Source of the DNA: Paraspadella gotoi
Taxonomy: Eukaryota; Animalia; Chaetognatha
DNA: 64,000 nt
Direction of reading: 5' to 3'
NCBI GenBank assembly: GCA_051294375.1
Contig: CM119269.1
Location: 20,503,976 to 20,567,975 of the forward strand
This document shows, piece after piece, positions 26,101-39,489 of this stretch; within the stretch, counting starts at the first letter, position 1, and each line of letters starts with the position of its first letter. The notes under the pieces were generated by a model. That model was not told the DNA's origin, did not search any database, and worked only from the letters and a program-made list of their open reading frames with translations. A program made the position numbers and the translations under genes.

Positions 26101-29100
26101 CATAAACCATGCCGACGTCGCAGAAGAGGGGGGTTTCAAATCGGTAGTGTCGCTCGCCATGGGCCTGTTGTCACGGCGGAAACGTTGTCAGATGGCGAAA
26201 AGTGAAGAGAGAGGCGGAGATCATTGGGTAAAGTGCGAAGGAGGGAAAAGCGGAAGCGACTGAATGTAGCGGGAGCCGTAGTGGCTATGCGGTGGAACAA
26301 GGGGCTAGGTCCCGAGTATGCGGCAAAGCTGAGAAATGTCAAAGCCAGATAGCGGGTCAACGGAAAAGACATGGTAAGCTGGAGCCATCACAAAAACAGT
26401 ACAATGAGAAGGGGGGGTGTGGGCGTGTAAATTCTGGATTAGACAAGAAAGTAAAAAAAATGGATGAAACGACGAACAATGCTGGATGGGAAACTAAAAG
26501 GGGTAGTGCGCGCGAGGAGGCTAGAGGATAAAACCGTATTACTTGAAATTGCAGGCGCGTGTTCAAGAACAGAACATTAAGGAAGGGCACCTAGGAGTAA
26601 AAGATCGCGTGAAAAAAAGGACGAACTGGAAGAAGAGTTTTTGGAAGTCTGCAGTTGAAGTGGGGAAGTCCTTCGGCCGGGCAGGGGATGATTCTAGCAC
26701 CAAACGCCTGATTAATAAAAAGGCAGGCAATAGGTGCATCGGACTATGCGGAATATTCAGTTGGGGCTGGCTGTCGGACGTAAAATAGATACTGATAGGA
26801 AAGTACGAAGTATGACGTAGACCTTAGAATAAGAGGATACGTGTACTATTGTGATTTCATACTATATAAGAGAGAGTAATGAGTATAAATATATGATAGA
26901 ACAGAAGCTCAACAAATCTGTCGGTAGGGCGAAAAAAATGGGGAACGGACGAGGCAAGGCCGCAACCAACGAACTCCACACTTGGGACACAGATAGCTGG
27001 TTGATTACGTCCTAATTAAGCGTCAGTGTGGCCAAGAAAAGATTTACGTTTGATGGTGGGCGGAAGACAAATTGTTATAAGAAGAAAGGGTTAAGATGTG
27101 TCTGAGACTGACACTGGAGCGGAGTGGTGATCGCCGACAGATTGGATAAAAAACATAAAAAGGCACAGTGTCAGCTCTCTTCAGGAAGCGGCAGCCACGC
27201 AAAAAACGATTTGATGGTAAAAACACATTACGTTGTCGAGACTGTGCTGCGTCCTCGTGTAGGTTGCGATGTCTTCTCGCAAACGTGGCGCAAACGTATA
27301 AATAACGAGAAAACAACGAAATATGAGGCGGGAAGGAAAGGAAGCAGGGTAGGGGAATGCCAACAGGAATGGGAAGAACAAAAACGCTCTGTCGAAGCGG
27401 AGAGCGTGAGAGGCGATCTATGTCACACAAAAGACTCAGCGGTCTTTTGAGGATCAGGTTGGCAGGGGCGTAGGGTGAAATGGCTTATGTGGTGCAGTTA
27501 ACTGAATGTTCTGAAGCGTTCTGGAGTGAAGGAATAAAAATTAAGGGACTTCAATATTCATCTTCGATATCGCGGGGGCTGGAGAGAGAAGTACGGACCG
27601 TGCCTAATAAACCGAACAGCATAATAAGCGCGCGGCGAAGGAAAAAGTAAGCCAAAAGGGTAGATAATATATGTCTCGCAAAATGGCTTGTACTTCTTAT
27701 TTCATTCTCTGTCTAGCACTTCTCACTTCTTTCATTTAAGGTAATACAAACTGAATACTTGTGTCTGGTTCAGATCATTTAAGTTCGACGTGATTTGTAT
27801 ATTATTCTCATTTAATATCTTCGATCTAGTATTTTACTTACTTTTTGATCCTCTGATTATCTCATATTAGTTATATATAACAAATATTGTCTCGAATTAA
27901 TATAATAATAAATACGCGACGAATACAAAATGAAGTTTTTTCTTAATTTTATTCTTCCTGGACCAGAGAAAAATGAACAAAAAACTAATTATCAATATGC
28001 TTCCTGAGATATATCAGCACATAACTTCCGCTTTCATTCTGTGTCTCTTTCCGAGAAAGTTGTTTCGCCTCTTTTCCTTGCCAGACTTTATACAGATCAA
28101 TCTCAAATGTTCTTTTTTCATGAACGTACGTAAAAGGACGTGAGAAAAAAAAACTGCTAATTAAGCAGACTACAACAGTATCGAAGAAGGAGAAGAGAAA
28201 GAAAAGTAAATGTAAGCAGAAGAGACGAAAAAAGAACAAAAAGACCGTAATTGTGGTCGATTACGAGGGGCAGACAAAAAGCAAATATGTTTTTTAATTT
28301 ATATTATTTATAATTGGATTAGATAATTGTTAGAAAAGATAATTTATAAAAGAAAAGCATATTTATAACGTAGCAATCAACGGGTTATTATACTAAATAT
28401 AGAGTAGGTGGAGTGATGAAAATTGAGCAATTTAACATAATTTTTTGCCTTTATATGCGTCTATTATGATTAAATATATTAGTATATTGTATTCTTTCGA
28501 ATGATGCTGAACTTGTAGGTAATTTTGTAGTCTTCTGTCTGCTCNNNNNNNNNNNNNNNNNNNNNNNNNCATTAATTCCATTTAATGCAGTTATTGTGGA
28601 TATGGAATTGGAGAGAAAACAACCTGGAGATAATGTTGACAGTCTATTATTGTTAATGATGAGAATAATCTTGATTCAAAATATTATTGTAATATAATTA
28701 ACTATAGCAATCAATAATTCGTACCAATTAAATATCATTTTTTTAAAGTTCTTTAATATAATTAATTTACCGTGAGTTAAAAAAAAAGCTTCACGAAAAA
28801 TGTTCCCACCCGCACTGTAGGAGTCCTACCTCGACCACCTGAAATTCGTTCCCAACCAAAACGAAGACTTCGCCAAACTCGTGGCCGCCTTCCACCGCCA
28901 GCACGCCGGTCAAACGCCGGCGGAGTCGGAGTTCAACTACCTGGTCATCGGGAAGCAGTTGGAACTGTACGGCATCGATCTGCACAACGCGAAGATCAGG
29001 GATTCCACCAACAAGGACATCCAGGTGGGCCTCGGGTGGATAGGGNNNNNNNNNNNNNNNNNNNNNNNNNNNNNNNNNNNNNNNNNNNNNNNNNNNNNNN

Positions 29101-30958
29101 NNNNNNNNNNNNNNNNNNNNNNNNNNNNNNNNNNNNNNNNNNNNNNNNNNNNNNNNNNNNNNNNNNNNNNNNNNNNNNNNNNNNNNNNNNNNNNNNNNNN
29201 NNNNNNNNNNNNNNNNNNNNNNNNNNNNNNNNNNNNNNNNNNNNNNNNNNNNNNNNNNNNNNNNNNNNNNNNNNNNNNNNNNNNNNNNNNNNNNNNNNNN
29301 NGCGTCAACGCGGACACCCGAACGTTAAGGCAAACATTGACATCCAATCTGATCCCTAAATCCCTTAATCTGATCCCTAAACCCTAAACCCTTGATCCTC
29401 AACTTGATCCCTCGTCCCCCTCTCGCGCCCTTCATTCGAATTCTCATCACGGAGTCCGGATGTAATTAAACCTTCGTCAATCGTAGATCCTGTTACATAC
29501 GGGAAACGTCTGACTGGGGAAGTAAAAAGCGAAGGGGAAATTGTCGGACGCCGAAGAATCGGTTTAGCTCAAATCTAATTGGANNNNNNNNNNNNNNNNN
29601 NNNNNNNNNNNNNNNNNNNNNNNNNNNNNNNNNNNNNNNNNNNNNNNNNNNNNNNNNNNNNNNNNNNNNNNNNNNNNNNNNNNNNNNNNNNNNNNNNNNN
29701 NNNNNNNNNNNNNNNNNNNNNNNNNNNNNNNNNNNNNNNNNNNNNNNNNNNNNNNNNNNNNNNNNNNNNNNNNNNNNNNNNNNNNNNNNNNNNNNNNNNN
29801 NNNNNNNNNNNNNNNNNNNNNNNNNNNNNNNNNNNNNNNNNNNNNNNNNNNNNNNNNNNNNNNNNNNNNNNNNNNNNNNNNNNNNNNNNNNNNNNNNNNN
29901 NTGTTCTCCTGACTCTTTTCTTCTGTTCTCCTGACTCTTTTTGTTATTCTGTCTTTTTTATTTCGTTCTCTAGATTCTTTTCTTCTTTTCTTCTTTTTCT
30001 GCTCCTTTTTCTGTTCACCTTTAACTTTTTCTTTTCTCCAAATCTTCTAACTTCATCCAGAAGCTCCAAATGTAGCTATTTTCATTTCAAAGTCTTTTTA
30101 TTTCATTCTTACTTACTTTTTATCTATTTTCCTATTCTCTTTTGCCTTCTTTTTTCTTCTTACTACTTTCAATGAGTCATTAGCGTCGATACGTATGTTA
30201 TATTTATGTATAATGTTCTTTCTCCGATTTTTTTCGGCCATTTTTATTTGTCATATTTTCAAAGTTCCAATGTACAATTTTTATTCTATGTCGGTATAAT
30301 ACGTACGTAGATGTACGTTTACACGTCCTAAATTACATGATTCATATATGATAAAATTCATAAAATATAAAAATAGAAAATAGTGAAACAAGTAATTTGC
30401 AAATTTTCATGAATGAAAACGATTTTCAAATGCTCGTAGACGGTCTGTGTCGGCAGCAGAGATTATCAATCATAACACCGAAGATGTAAAGGTATTAAAA
30501 GAAAAAGATAAAGGTGACAGAGAAAGAGGAGTGTGAGAGAAAGAGAGAAAGGGAGAGAGAAAGAGAGAGAGAGAGAGAGAGGGAGAGAAAAAGAGAGAGA
30601 GAGAGAGACATAAAGAGAGATGGGTAAATTCCCAGAAGCTTCCCTGTGCCGATGAAACGATTCATCAAAACAAATATTCACTGATGGAATTTTCTCATCA
30701 ACGATGGAGAGAGNNNNNNNNNNNNNNNNNNNNNNNNNNNNNNNNNNNNNNNNNNNNNNNNNNNNNNNNNNNNNNNNNNNNNNNNNNNNNNNNNNNNNNN
30801 NNNNNNNNNNNNNNNNNNNNNNNNNNNNNNNNNNNNNNNNNNNNNNNNNNNNNNNNNNNNNNNNNNNNNNNNNNNNNNNNNNNNNNNNNNNNNNNNNNNN
30901 NNNNNNNNNNNNNNNNNNNNNNNNNNNNNNNNNNNNNNNNNNNNNNNNNNNNNNNNNN

Positions 30959-30995
<37 letters not shown>

Positions 30996-33900
30996 TGATA
31001 ATGATAACCGGTTTTTATCAGGGAAACGGCACCTTCAAGAGACGAAGAGACAGAACCTCAGAGAGACAGACTAACAGCGAGATAAACAGATCGTTTTAGC
31101 AAGATGAAGAAATTTAAGAAACCAACGCTGGTTGGGATAACCTGCTCCCTTTCTCGATCCCTCTTGTGCTCTTTAACCTTTGTAAATGTAAGGGTCAATA
31201 TCCTTTTTTACTTGTTTTTTTGTTTTTTGACCTTTCAGAATATTTTCATTATTGTTTCCGTTTTTTTTTTTGGTTTTGTTCTTTTCTCAAGCTCTCCTGA
31301 ACGTGAAGAGAACCGAGAAGACTCTTGTTTATTGTTATCTTTTTAGTTGATGAATTTTTCTCCAGAGTCTTGGAAATGTTGTAGTTGAGTCAGATTGGTC
31401 TGACTGGTCGGTCAATTACTTCGTCTGCTTTTCGCTCCCGACGGTGGAAATAATTTTTCTTACGGAAAATAATTAAAAGAAAATTTGTTTTCGTTTTCGA
31501 GACGATTTTCGTAACCAATGAATCATATTTGAATCATATATAGGGGATTTAATTTTGATGAGGGGTCGCTTGTTAATGCGGAATCCTCAGAAACTGAATT
31601 CTGTCCCATGAACGTTCATTGTCGTCTTCGTCATCAAAGTTGTTGTTGTGGTTGTTATTGTTTTCATCGTCGTCTTCTCTCCCGCCGTCCTTATCTCAGC
31701 AAAAACAGAGAAGAGATAAAAACGATTTGTGGTTTTAAGTCGTCGTCCTCCTTGTTGTCGTTGTTGTCGTCGTTGTTGTTGTTGTTAAAGAGGACGTTGT
31801 GACCGCGTTTTTTTTTCGCTATGGATTTTTTGTTTCGTTTGTTTGCGTTTTTATTCTAATCTAGTTTTCGATTTTGTTTGTTTCTCCTGTTTTCATTTTC
31901 GTCACCGACACAATTTTNNNNNNNNNNNNNNNNNNNNNNNNNNNNNNNNNNNNNNNNNNNNNNNNNNNNNNNNNNNNNNNNNNNNNNNNNNNNNNNNNNN
32001 NNNNNNNNNNNNNNNNNNNNNNNNNNNNNNNNNNNNNNNNNNNNNNNNNNNNNNNNNNNNNNNNNNNNNNNNNNNNNNNNNNNNNNNNNNNNNNNNNNNN
32101 NNNNGATAAGCAGCGAGGCTCAGGTGTTAGGAGACTGAAATGTGATCTCAGAGAATCCCATCAGAATGTAATCGGCGGGCACCATAGAACGGTTAGTGGG
32201 AAGATATGAGGAGGGGGAAGAAAAGTAGAGGAAGCGAATAAAGGATGGAGAAGTGAACAAGAGTAAGTCAACTCGGTGGGGAGAAAGATGATGTCCGGGA
32301 AAAAAAAATGAAGACAAAGTATTATAAAAAGGTTAGCAGAAGAGGTTCATAGAAAATCGGCCATACGGTAGAGAAGGGAAAAAAGAAATGGGTGAAAAAG
32401 GAGGAAAGGAAGGAAAAGGGAACATAGATAAATGGATGTAGTGAACGGTGAAGGCCTGAATTCGATGCCGGTGAAGAATTGATGGTCGTTGGACCGCTTT
32501 GCGTGGAAGTGAGTGGCGTTAGTCTGAATGATAGTTATGGTCGTGGGTGTGGTTGTAGTGAGGATCCTGAATTTAGGTGATAGAGATGATAGAAGTTTCT
32601 GTGGTGAGAGTTGTGGCCANNNNNNNNNNNNNNNNNNNNNNNNNNNNNNNNNNNNNNNNNNNNNNNNNNNNNNNNNNNNNNNNNNNNNNNNNNNNNNNNN
32701 NNNNNNNNNNNNNNNNNNNNNNNNNNNNNNNNNNNNNNNNNNNNNNNNNNNNNNNNNNNNNNNNNNNNNNNNNNNNNNNNNNNNNNNNNNNNNNNNNNNN
32801 NNNNNNNNNNNNNNNNNNNNNNNNNNNNNNNNNNNNNNNNNNNNNNNNNNNNNNNNNNNNNNNNNNNNNNNNNNNNNNNNNNNNNNNNNNNNNNNNNNNN
32901 NNNNNNNNNNNNNNNNNNNNNNNNNNNNNNNNNNNNNNNNNNNNNNNNNNNNNNNNNNNNNNNNNNNNNNNNNNNNNNNNNNNNNNNNNNNNNNNNNNNN
33001 NNNNNNNNNNNNNNNNNNNNNNNNNNNNNNNNNNNNNNNNNNNNNNNNNNNNNNNNNNNNNNNNNNNNNNNNNNNNNNNNNNNNNNNNNNNNNNNNNNNN
33101 NNNNNNNNNNNNNNNNNNNNNNNNNNNNNNNNNNNNNNNNNNNNNNNNNNNNNNNNNNNNNNNNNNNNNNNNNNNNNNNNNNNNNNNNNNNNNNNNNNNN
33201 NNNNNNNNNNNNNNNNNNNNNNNNNNNNNNNNNNNNNNNNNNNNNNNNNNNNNNNNNNNNNNNNNNNNNNNNNNNNNNNNNNNNNNNNNNNNNNNNNNNN
33301 NNNNNNNNNNNNNNNNCTGATAAAAAAGGCTCCTTTTAGAGTCGCCGACCGCGACGGTCGACCGCCATAAACCTGAGCAGCTGCCGCCACTCGCTTGGTC
33401 TTCCTCTTTGACGAACGCGGATAAAAATATGGGGATAAAAAAGGATAAAACGAAGGGAACCGTCGGCCATTTTTATCAGTTTCTCATCAGTTTCTATCAG
33501 ACAAATATTATTTCTACAGACCGCTCAAACCCGACAAACATTTTTATTTCTTCACAGTCTTTCGCTTTGTATATGCTGGTCACGCTCGCCCCGATTGACA
33601 CTCTTGAGTCAAGAGTCTTGACGTTACCTAATGGTCCCCATGACGTTCATGTTGTTGCCATGAATACCGTTTTTGTAAATCACTAATGATTTACTTACTT
33701 AAATTGTACATTTTTTTTGTCTTTTTTTTTTCAATATTTTTTTCCGTCTATTTAACTTTTCCTTCCTACTTGGAGGATATTTTTTTTAAATTTTATTTTA
33801 TTCTATGTCTTGATCAAAGAATTTTAATCATGTATCAAATATCGAAAAAAAAATATTGTTTTGATTTAGAAAATATTTTTGCATGTACCAAAATGATATT

Positions 33901-35438
33901 AGTGCCCCAATATCAGTTCAGTTTAAGCCCTTAAAAGTGATTTACATGTATAGGCGCAGCGACTGGTTTTTCTCTATCCGCAAACGAAACGATGGCCTTC
34001 GCGACAGCCACGCGTCACAGAATGTCACAAAGTCTTGACAGCAAGTCTTGTTCATGGCATTTCATTCGGTCGCGTCACATGGCTGCCATGACACCGTAAC
34101 TAATGTCAAAAAATGCTACTTAATAGTAAATCATGAGAAAAAAACAATATTGATGAATATCATAACGTGTTTTGTGCGAAGTTGTGGCAGAGGCAGAGAA
34201 AGAGAAAGAAAAAGNNNNNNNNNNNNNNNNNNNNNNNNNNNNNNNNNNNNNNNNNNNNNNNNNNNNNNNNNNNNNNNNNNNNNNNNNNNNNNNNNNNNNN
34301 NNNNNNNNNNNNNNNNNNNNNNNNNNNNNNNNNNNNNNNNNNNNNNNNNNNNNNNNNNNNNNNNNNNNNNNNNNNNNNNNNNNNNNNNNNNNNNNNNNNN
34401 NNNNNNNNNNNNNNNNNNNNNNNNNNNNNNNNNNNNNNNNNNNNNNNNNNNNNNNNNNNNNNNNNNNNNNNNNNGAGAGAGAGAAGCAGAGAGAGGAGAA
34501 GAATTGGTTTTGTGGAAAGGCGATTAACCGGAAAACCGCGGGAACGAAATTCGTGTTGCTTCTGAAAATGAAACAAGAAAAAGAAGCGGATAGAAGAGAA
34601 TCGAGAAATAGTAAATGAAGGAGAACAGAGATAGAAAGAGAAGAGAAATTAACTAGAGAGAGATACAAAAAGGCAAATACTGAAGATAGAAAGTGAAAAA
34701 GAAAAGAAATGTCGAGAACCGAATCGAGAATAGGAAAAAAAGAGAAAGAAAAAAAACGGTTGAAAAGATTCGGATAAAAAAAAACAGTTTCACCTATTGG
34801 CTTTTTCAATAAGTTGAAAATTAAAACTGGTGCAAGAGGAATAATACGTTTTTTAGTAATATAGCGAAAGACGACGAAAGACGACGTTGAAAGCGACGAC
34901 GACGACGACGACGACGACGATGAGGTCGACGACGAAATAAGCTGGCGAATGTCGGCTCGGTCGTCCGGGGAAAAAGGAAAGGTTAGATGGCAGAGGCGAC
35001 GATATTAATGATGGCCGAGTTGGCCGAGGCTCTTGCGGCGGCGGCGGCGGCGNNNNNNNNNNNNNNNNNNNNNNNNNNNNNNNNNNNNNNNNNNNNNNNN
35101 NNNNNNNNNNNNNNNNNNNNNNNNNNNNNNNNNNNNNNNNNNNNNNNNNNNNNNNNNNNNNNNNNNNNNNNNNNNNNNNNNNNNNNNNNNNNNNNNNNNN
35201 NNNNNNNNNNNNNNNNNNNNNNNNNNNNNNNNNNNNNNNNNNNNNNNNNNNNNNNNNNNNNNNNNNNNNNNNNNNNNNNNNNNNNNNNNNNNNNNNNNNN
35301 NNNNNNNNNNNNNNNNNTTTTTTTTTTTTGTTAATAATTTTTTTCTTCGGCGTCAGAAAAGTTATGGTCAGAATTGTCGTCTTCGTTGTCGTCGTTTTAC
35401 GTGATTAAATTTATGTATCCTTATTATCTTCAAAATTA

Positions 35439-35495
<57 letters not shown>

Positions 35496-35498
35496 AAA

Positions 35499-35592
<94 letters not shown>

Positions 35593-35595
35593 GTA

Positions 35596-35639
<44 letters not shown>

Positions 35640-35909
35640 CTCGACGTTGTCGGCGTCGTCTTCCTTCTACATGTCAACCTCGTTATCGAAGAAATATTTT
35701 TTTCTGTCTGATTTGTTTTTATTATTTTTTAAATCGGAAAAAGCAAAAGCAAATCTTCGTAAAGCAATCTGCTCTTTATGCCATATAATTATGACTTTCC
35801 CGATTCAGATGCTGATGCGGTGGCTGTTGTAAACTTGAACTCCGATCACGACATCACGACTTTGGTGTCGTCATGGTCCTCAATATTTTCTTCGTTGTCG
35901 CACTCCTTA

Positions 35910-35950
<41 letters not shown>

Positions 35951-36028
35951 TTTCATGGTCCCTGAAGCCGATATCCCATCATCTCACGACCCACGGATAA
36001 CGATGTATGGGTGACCTAAGCCACCGCT

Positions 36029-36063
<35 letters not shown>

Positions 36064-39000
36064 AGCTGCCACCGACGCCGTTGTGGTTGTAGTCTCGTCT
36101 ATGGTTTCAACGTCTCTTCCATTTTCTCCTTGTTTTTCTTGGGAACCGATATAACGCACGTCGTCGCTTTTTACAGTGAGTGCACGCNNNNNNNNNNNNN
36201 NNNNNNNNNNNNNNNNNNNNNNNNNNNNNNNNNNNNNNNNNNNNNNNNNNNNNNNNNNNNNNNNNNNNNNNNNNNNNNNNNNNNNNNNNNNNNNNNNNNN
36301 NNNNNNNNNNNNNNNNNNNNNNNNNNNNNNNNNNNNNNNNNNNNNNNNNNNNNNNNNNNNNNNNNNNNNNNNNNNNNNNNNNNNNNNNNNNNNNNNNNNN
36401 NNNNNNNNNNNNNNNNNNNNNNNNNNNNNNNNNNNNNNNNNNNNNNNNNNNNNNNNNNNNNNNNNNNNNNNNNNNNNNNNNNNNNNNNNNNNNNNNNNNN
36501 NNNNNNNNNNNNNNNNNNNNNNNNNNNNNNNNNTTCGTCTTGGATTGATTAAAAGTGATTAGCTCTGATTACATAGTGAAAAAAAAAATAACGTTGATGT
36601 TAAGGGGAAAAAAAGACAAAAAAGAAAGAAAGTATTTCGCAAAAATTTTGACTACGTCACAATGTGAATGACAAGGCAACGACCGAGAGATGAACCGACC
36701 ATAAAAAATACTGAACAAAATCATAATTTAGTTAATGTAAAAAGATGTGCAAGAGAAACTAATTGTGATTCGAAAGGTTGATGGAGTAGGACGTTGGTGT
36801 AGAGGGGGAGGGCTCGCTGTGAAAAGAAAAAAATCTTGGTCCGCCTGAAGGGAAGGCCATTACAGCCGATAGCGGATAATCTGATTTGAGAGGAGACTCT
36901 CTCTCTCNNNNNNNNNNNNNNNNNNNNNNNNNNNNNNNNNNNNNNNNNNNNNNNNNNNNNNNNNNNNNNNNNNNNNNNNNNNNNNNNNNNNNNNNNNNNN
37001 NNNNNNNNNNNNNNNNNNNNNNNNNNNNNNNNNNNNNNNNNNNNNNNNNNNNNNNNNNNNNNNNNNNNNNNNNNNNNNNNNNNNNNNNNNNNNNNNNNNN
37101 NNNNNNNNNNNNNNNNNNNNNNNNNNNNNNNNNNNNNNNNNNNNNNNNNNNNNNNNNNNNNNNNNNNNNNNNNNNNNNNNNNNNNNNNNNNNNNNNNNNN
37201 NNNNNNNNNNNNNNNNNNNNNNNNNNNNNNNNNNNNNNNNNNNNNNNNNNNNNNNNNNNNNNNNNNNNNNNNNNNNNNNNNNNNNNNNNNNNNNNNNNNN
37301 NNNNNNNNNNNNNNNNNNNNNNNNNNNNNNNNNNNNNNNNNNNNNNNNNNNNNNNNNNNNNNNNNNNNNNNNNNNNNNNNNNNNNNNNNNNNNNNNNNNN
37401 NNNNNNNNNNNNNNNNNNNNNNNNNNNNNNNNNNNNNNNNNNNNNNNNNNNNNNNNNNNNNNNNNNNNNNNNNNNNNNNNNNNNNNNNNNNNNNNNNNNN
37501 NNNNNNNNNNNNNNNNNNNNNNNNNNNNNNNNNNNNNNNNNNNNNNNNNNNNNNNNNNNNNNNNNNNNNNNNNNNNNNNNNNNNNNNNNNNNNNNNNNNN
37601 NNNNNNNNNNNNNNNNNNNNNNNNNNNNNNNNNNNNNNNNNNNNNNNNNNNNNNNNNNNNNNNNNNNNNNNNNNNNNNAAAAGAAAAGAAAAGAAAAGAA
37701 AAGAAAGGAAAAGAAACATGAAAAATGATAGAGCAAAGCGTGGTCGACAGAAAATATATTTTAAGGGATGGAAGGGGCAAAAAAGGAACGTGGAAGGAAA
37801 AAAGAGCAAAAGAGAAAAAAGGAAAGGAACGATTAGTCTCCGCCTTTTTTTTTTGTGTGCGTTAGTTGTTTTGTTTTTTTTTTGTTTGGAGACATGCTCG
37901 CTGCCTCTGTCAACTTTGGTTTAACTTTTGACTCTAAACTGCGTTTTTATTTTCAATGTTTTTTTTTCTCTCGTGAACTCGAATAACTCAAATCCCCGAG
38001 CTCAGAGTTTCTCTTATTTTTTTCGGTTTCCAGAATAAAAAAAAAATAAATTTTCCGGCGCAAAGACTTTTTCGAGTAAAAACTTTAATATTTTGATCGT
38101 GGGAAACAAATGTAACGATTTACGACGATTTGTCGACGTAGGTTCGTGGAGACGACAACTGCGACAGCCTGATCGGCTACAACCTCGCTTCGTACCGCGC
38201 CTGCAAGAACCTTTGGAAATCTTGCGTGGAGCATCACACTTTTTTTAGGTAAACTTAAAGTAAAAGAATGATTAAACGAGAATAATGGTTTAAGGTTATT
38301 TTTGTAAGAGAAGGAATGACATAGGGCGTACTTTTAATATATAAAAGGCTAAAAGAAAAATAAATTTAATTTTTAACAGGCTCCACGTGCCCGCAGCGCC
38401 CTCCGGTCGACGCCACTTCTTCAACTTGGGATCCAAACTCAAGTACAGGGCGTCATCCAGACCGGGCGCGGGCATGCCCAGACGGGCAGGCGGATCGGGC
38501 AGTCAGGACACGATAGCCAGGTGAGAGGGAAAGGCGCCATTGAATCATTTCCTTTTCCTTGCAGTTTTCTTTATTTTCCTTTCAACTCTTACTTACTCTT
38601 ACTATTTCTTACGACCAGGGAGAAAGAGAGTCTGAAAAAGTCGTTGTTGGAGTCGTCGTCGGGGGTGTCGTCGGCCTCCTCTCGCCTCTCCAACTCCGTA
38701 GCCGCCTCCAAATCCAACCACGCCCTCAAATCCTACGAAACCAACTTTCACTCTTCGGCCAACGCGAGAAGGAACGGGGCTCTGGGTGAGGGGGGGGGTA
38801 GGGATCGCTCGAGGACGAGGTGAAGCTGTTATGAATTAGTGTAACTTGATTGTTTTTAATTTTGACTAATAGCTTTTTATCAATCAATTGTTTGGCTCAG
38901 TTTCTTTTCTTCGTCCAAACTTGTTGTTATACAAATGACGAAATCTCCTAAAGTGGGTTATGGGTTTAATTTTACTTCATTTAAAAACATTATACTTATT

Positions 39001-39453
39001 TATTCGTATTGTATCTTTTTTTTTTGTCAGAAAAATAGTAAACAATTTAATCCCCTGCCCTCTAGACGGAAAACCCACTTCGACGATCTCCTCCAACACG
39101 GCCGTCGTGAAGCGCCTTCAAGTCCCCGGGTCCGGGATTTCGGGTCCGGGATCGCATCCCCAGGGAACAAGCCCTCCGGCGTCCCTCAACTCCCCGAGGG
39201 ACGACGATGACGACGGGGGATTCCTCCAACACGTCTCCAAGAGAGACTCGACGGCGAGACAAAGGATTTCCCCTTCCGTCGCTAATTTTAGTCAGGATGG
39301 ATCCACGGCCGGTGAGGGGACAAAGGGGGGCGAAGAAGAGAGGTGGGAAGTCTATGACTTCAAACATAATATTATCATACTCGGCTAAAATAACTGTAAA
39401 AATGTAATAATTGATAACTCTTACCGTACAATCTTTTCACTCCTTCCTCTATG

Positions 39454-39489
<36 letters not shown>

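Noticed and set aside
16388-27450. Many 60-199 aa ORFs suggesting a viral or foreign gene cluster
   Set aside because: They overlap on both strands, have no recognisable motifs and fall at lengths expected by chance.
29376-29392. CCCTAAACCCTAAACCC, plant telomere-like
   Set aside because: Only two units, within a local degenerate repeat.
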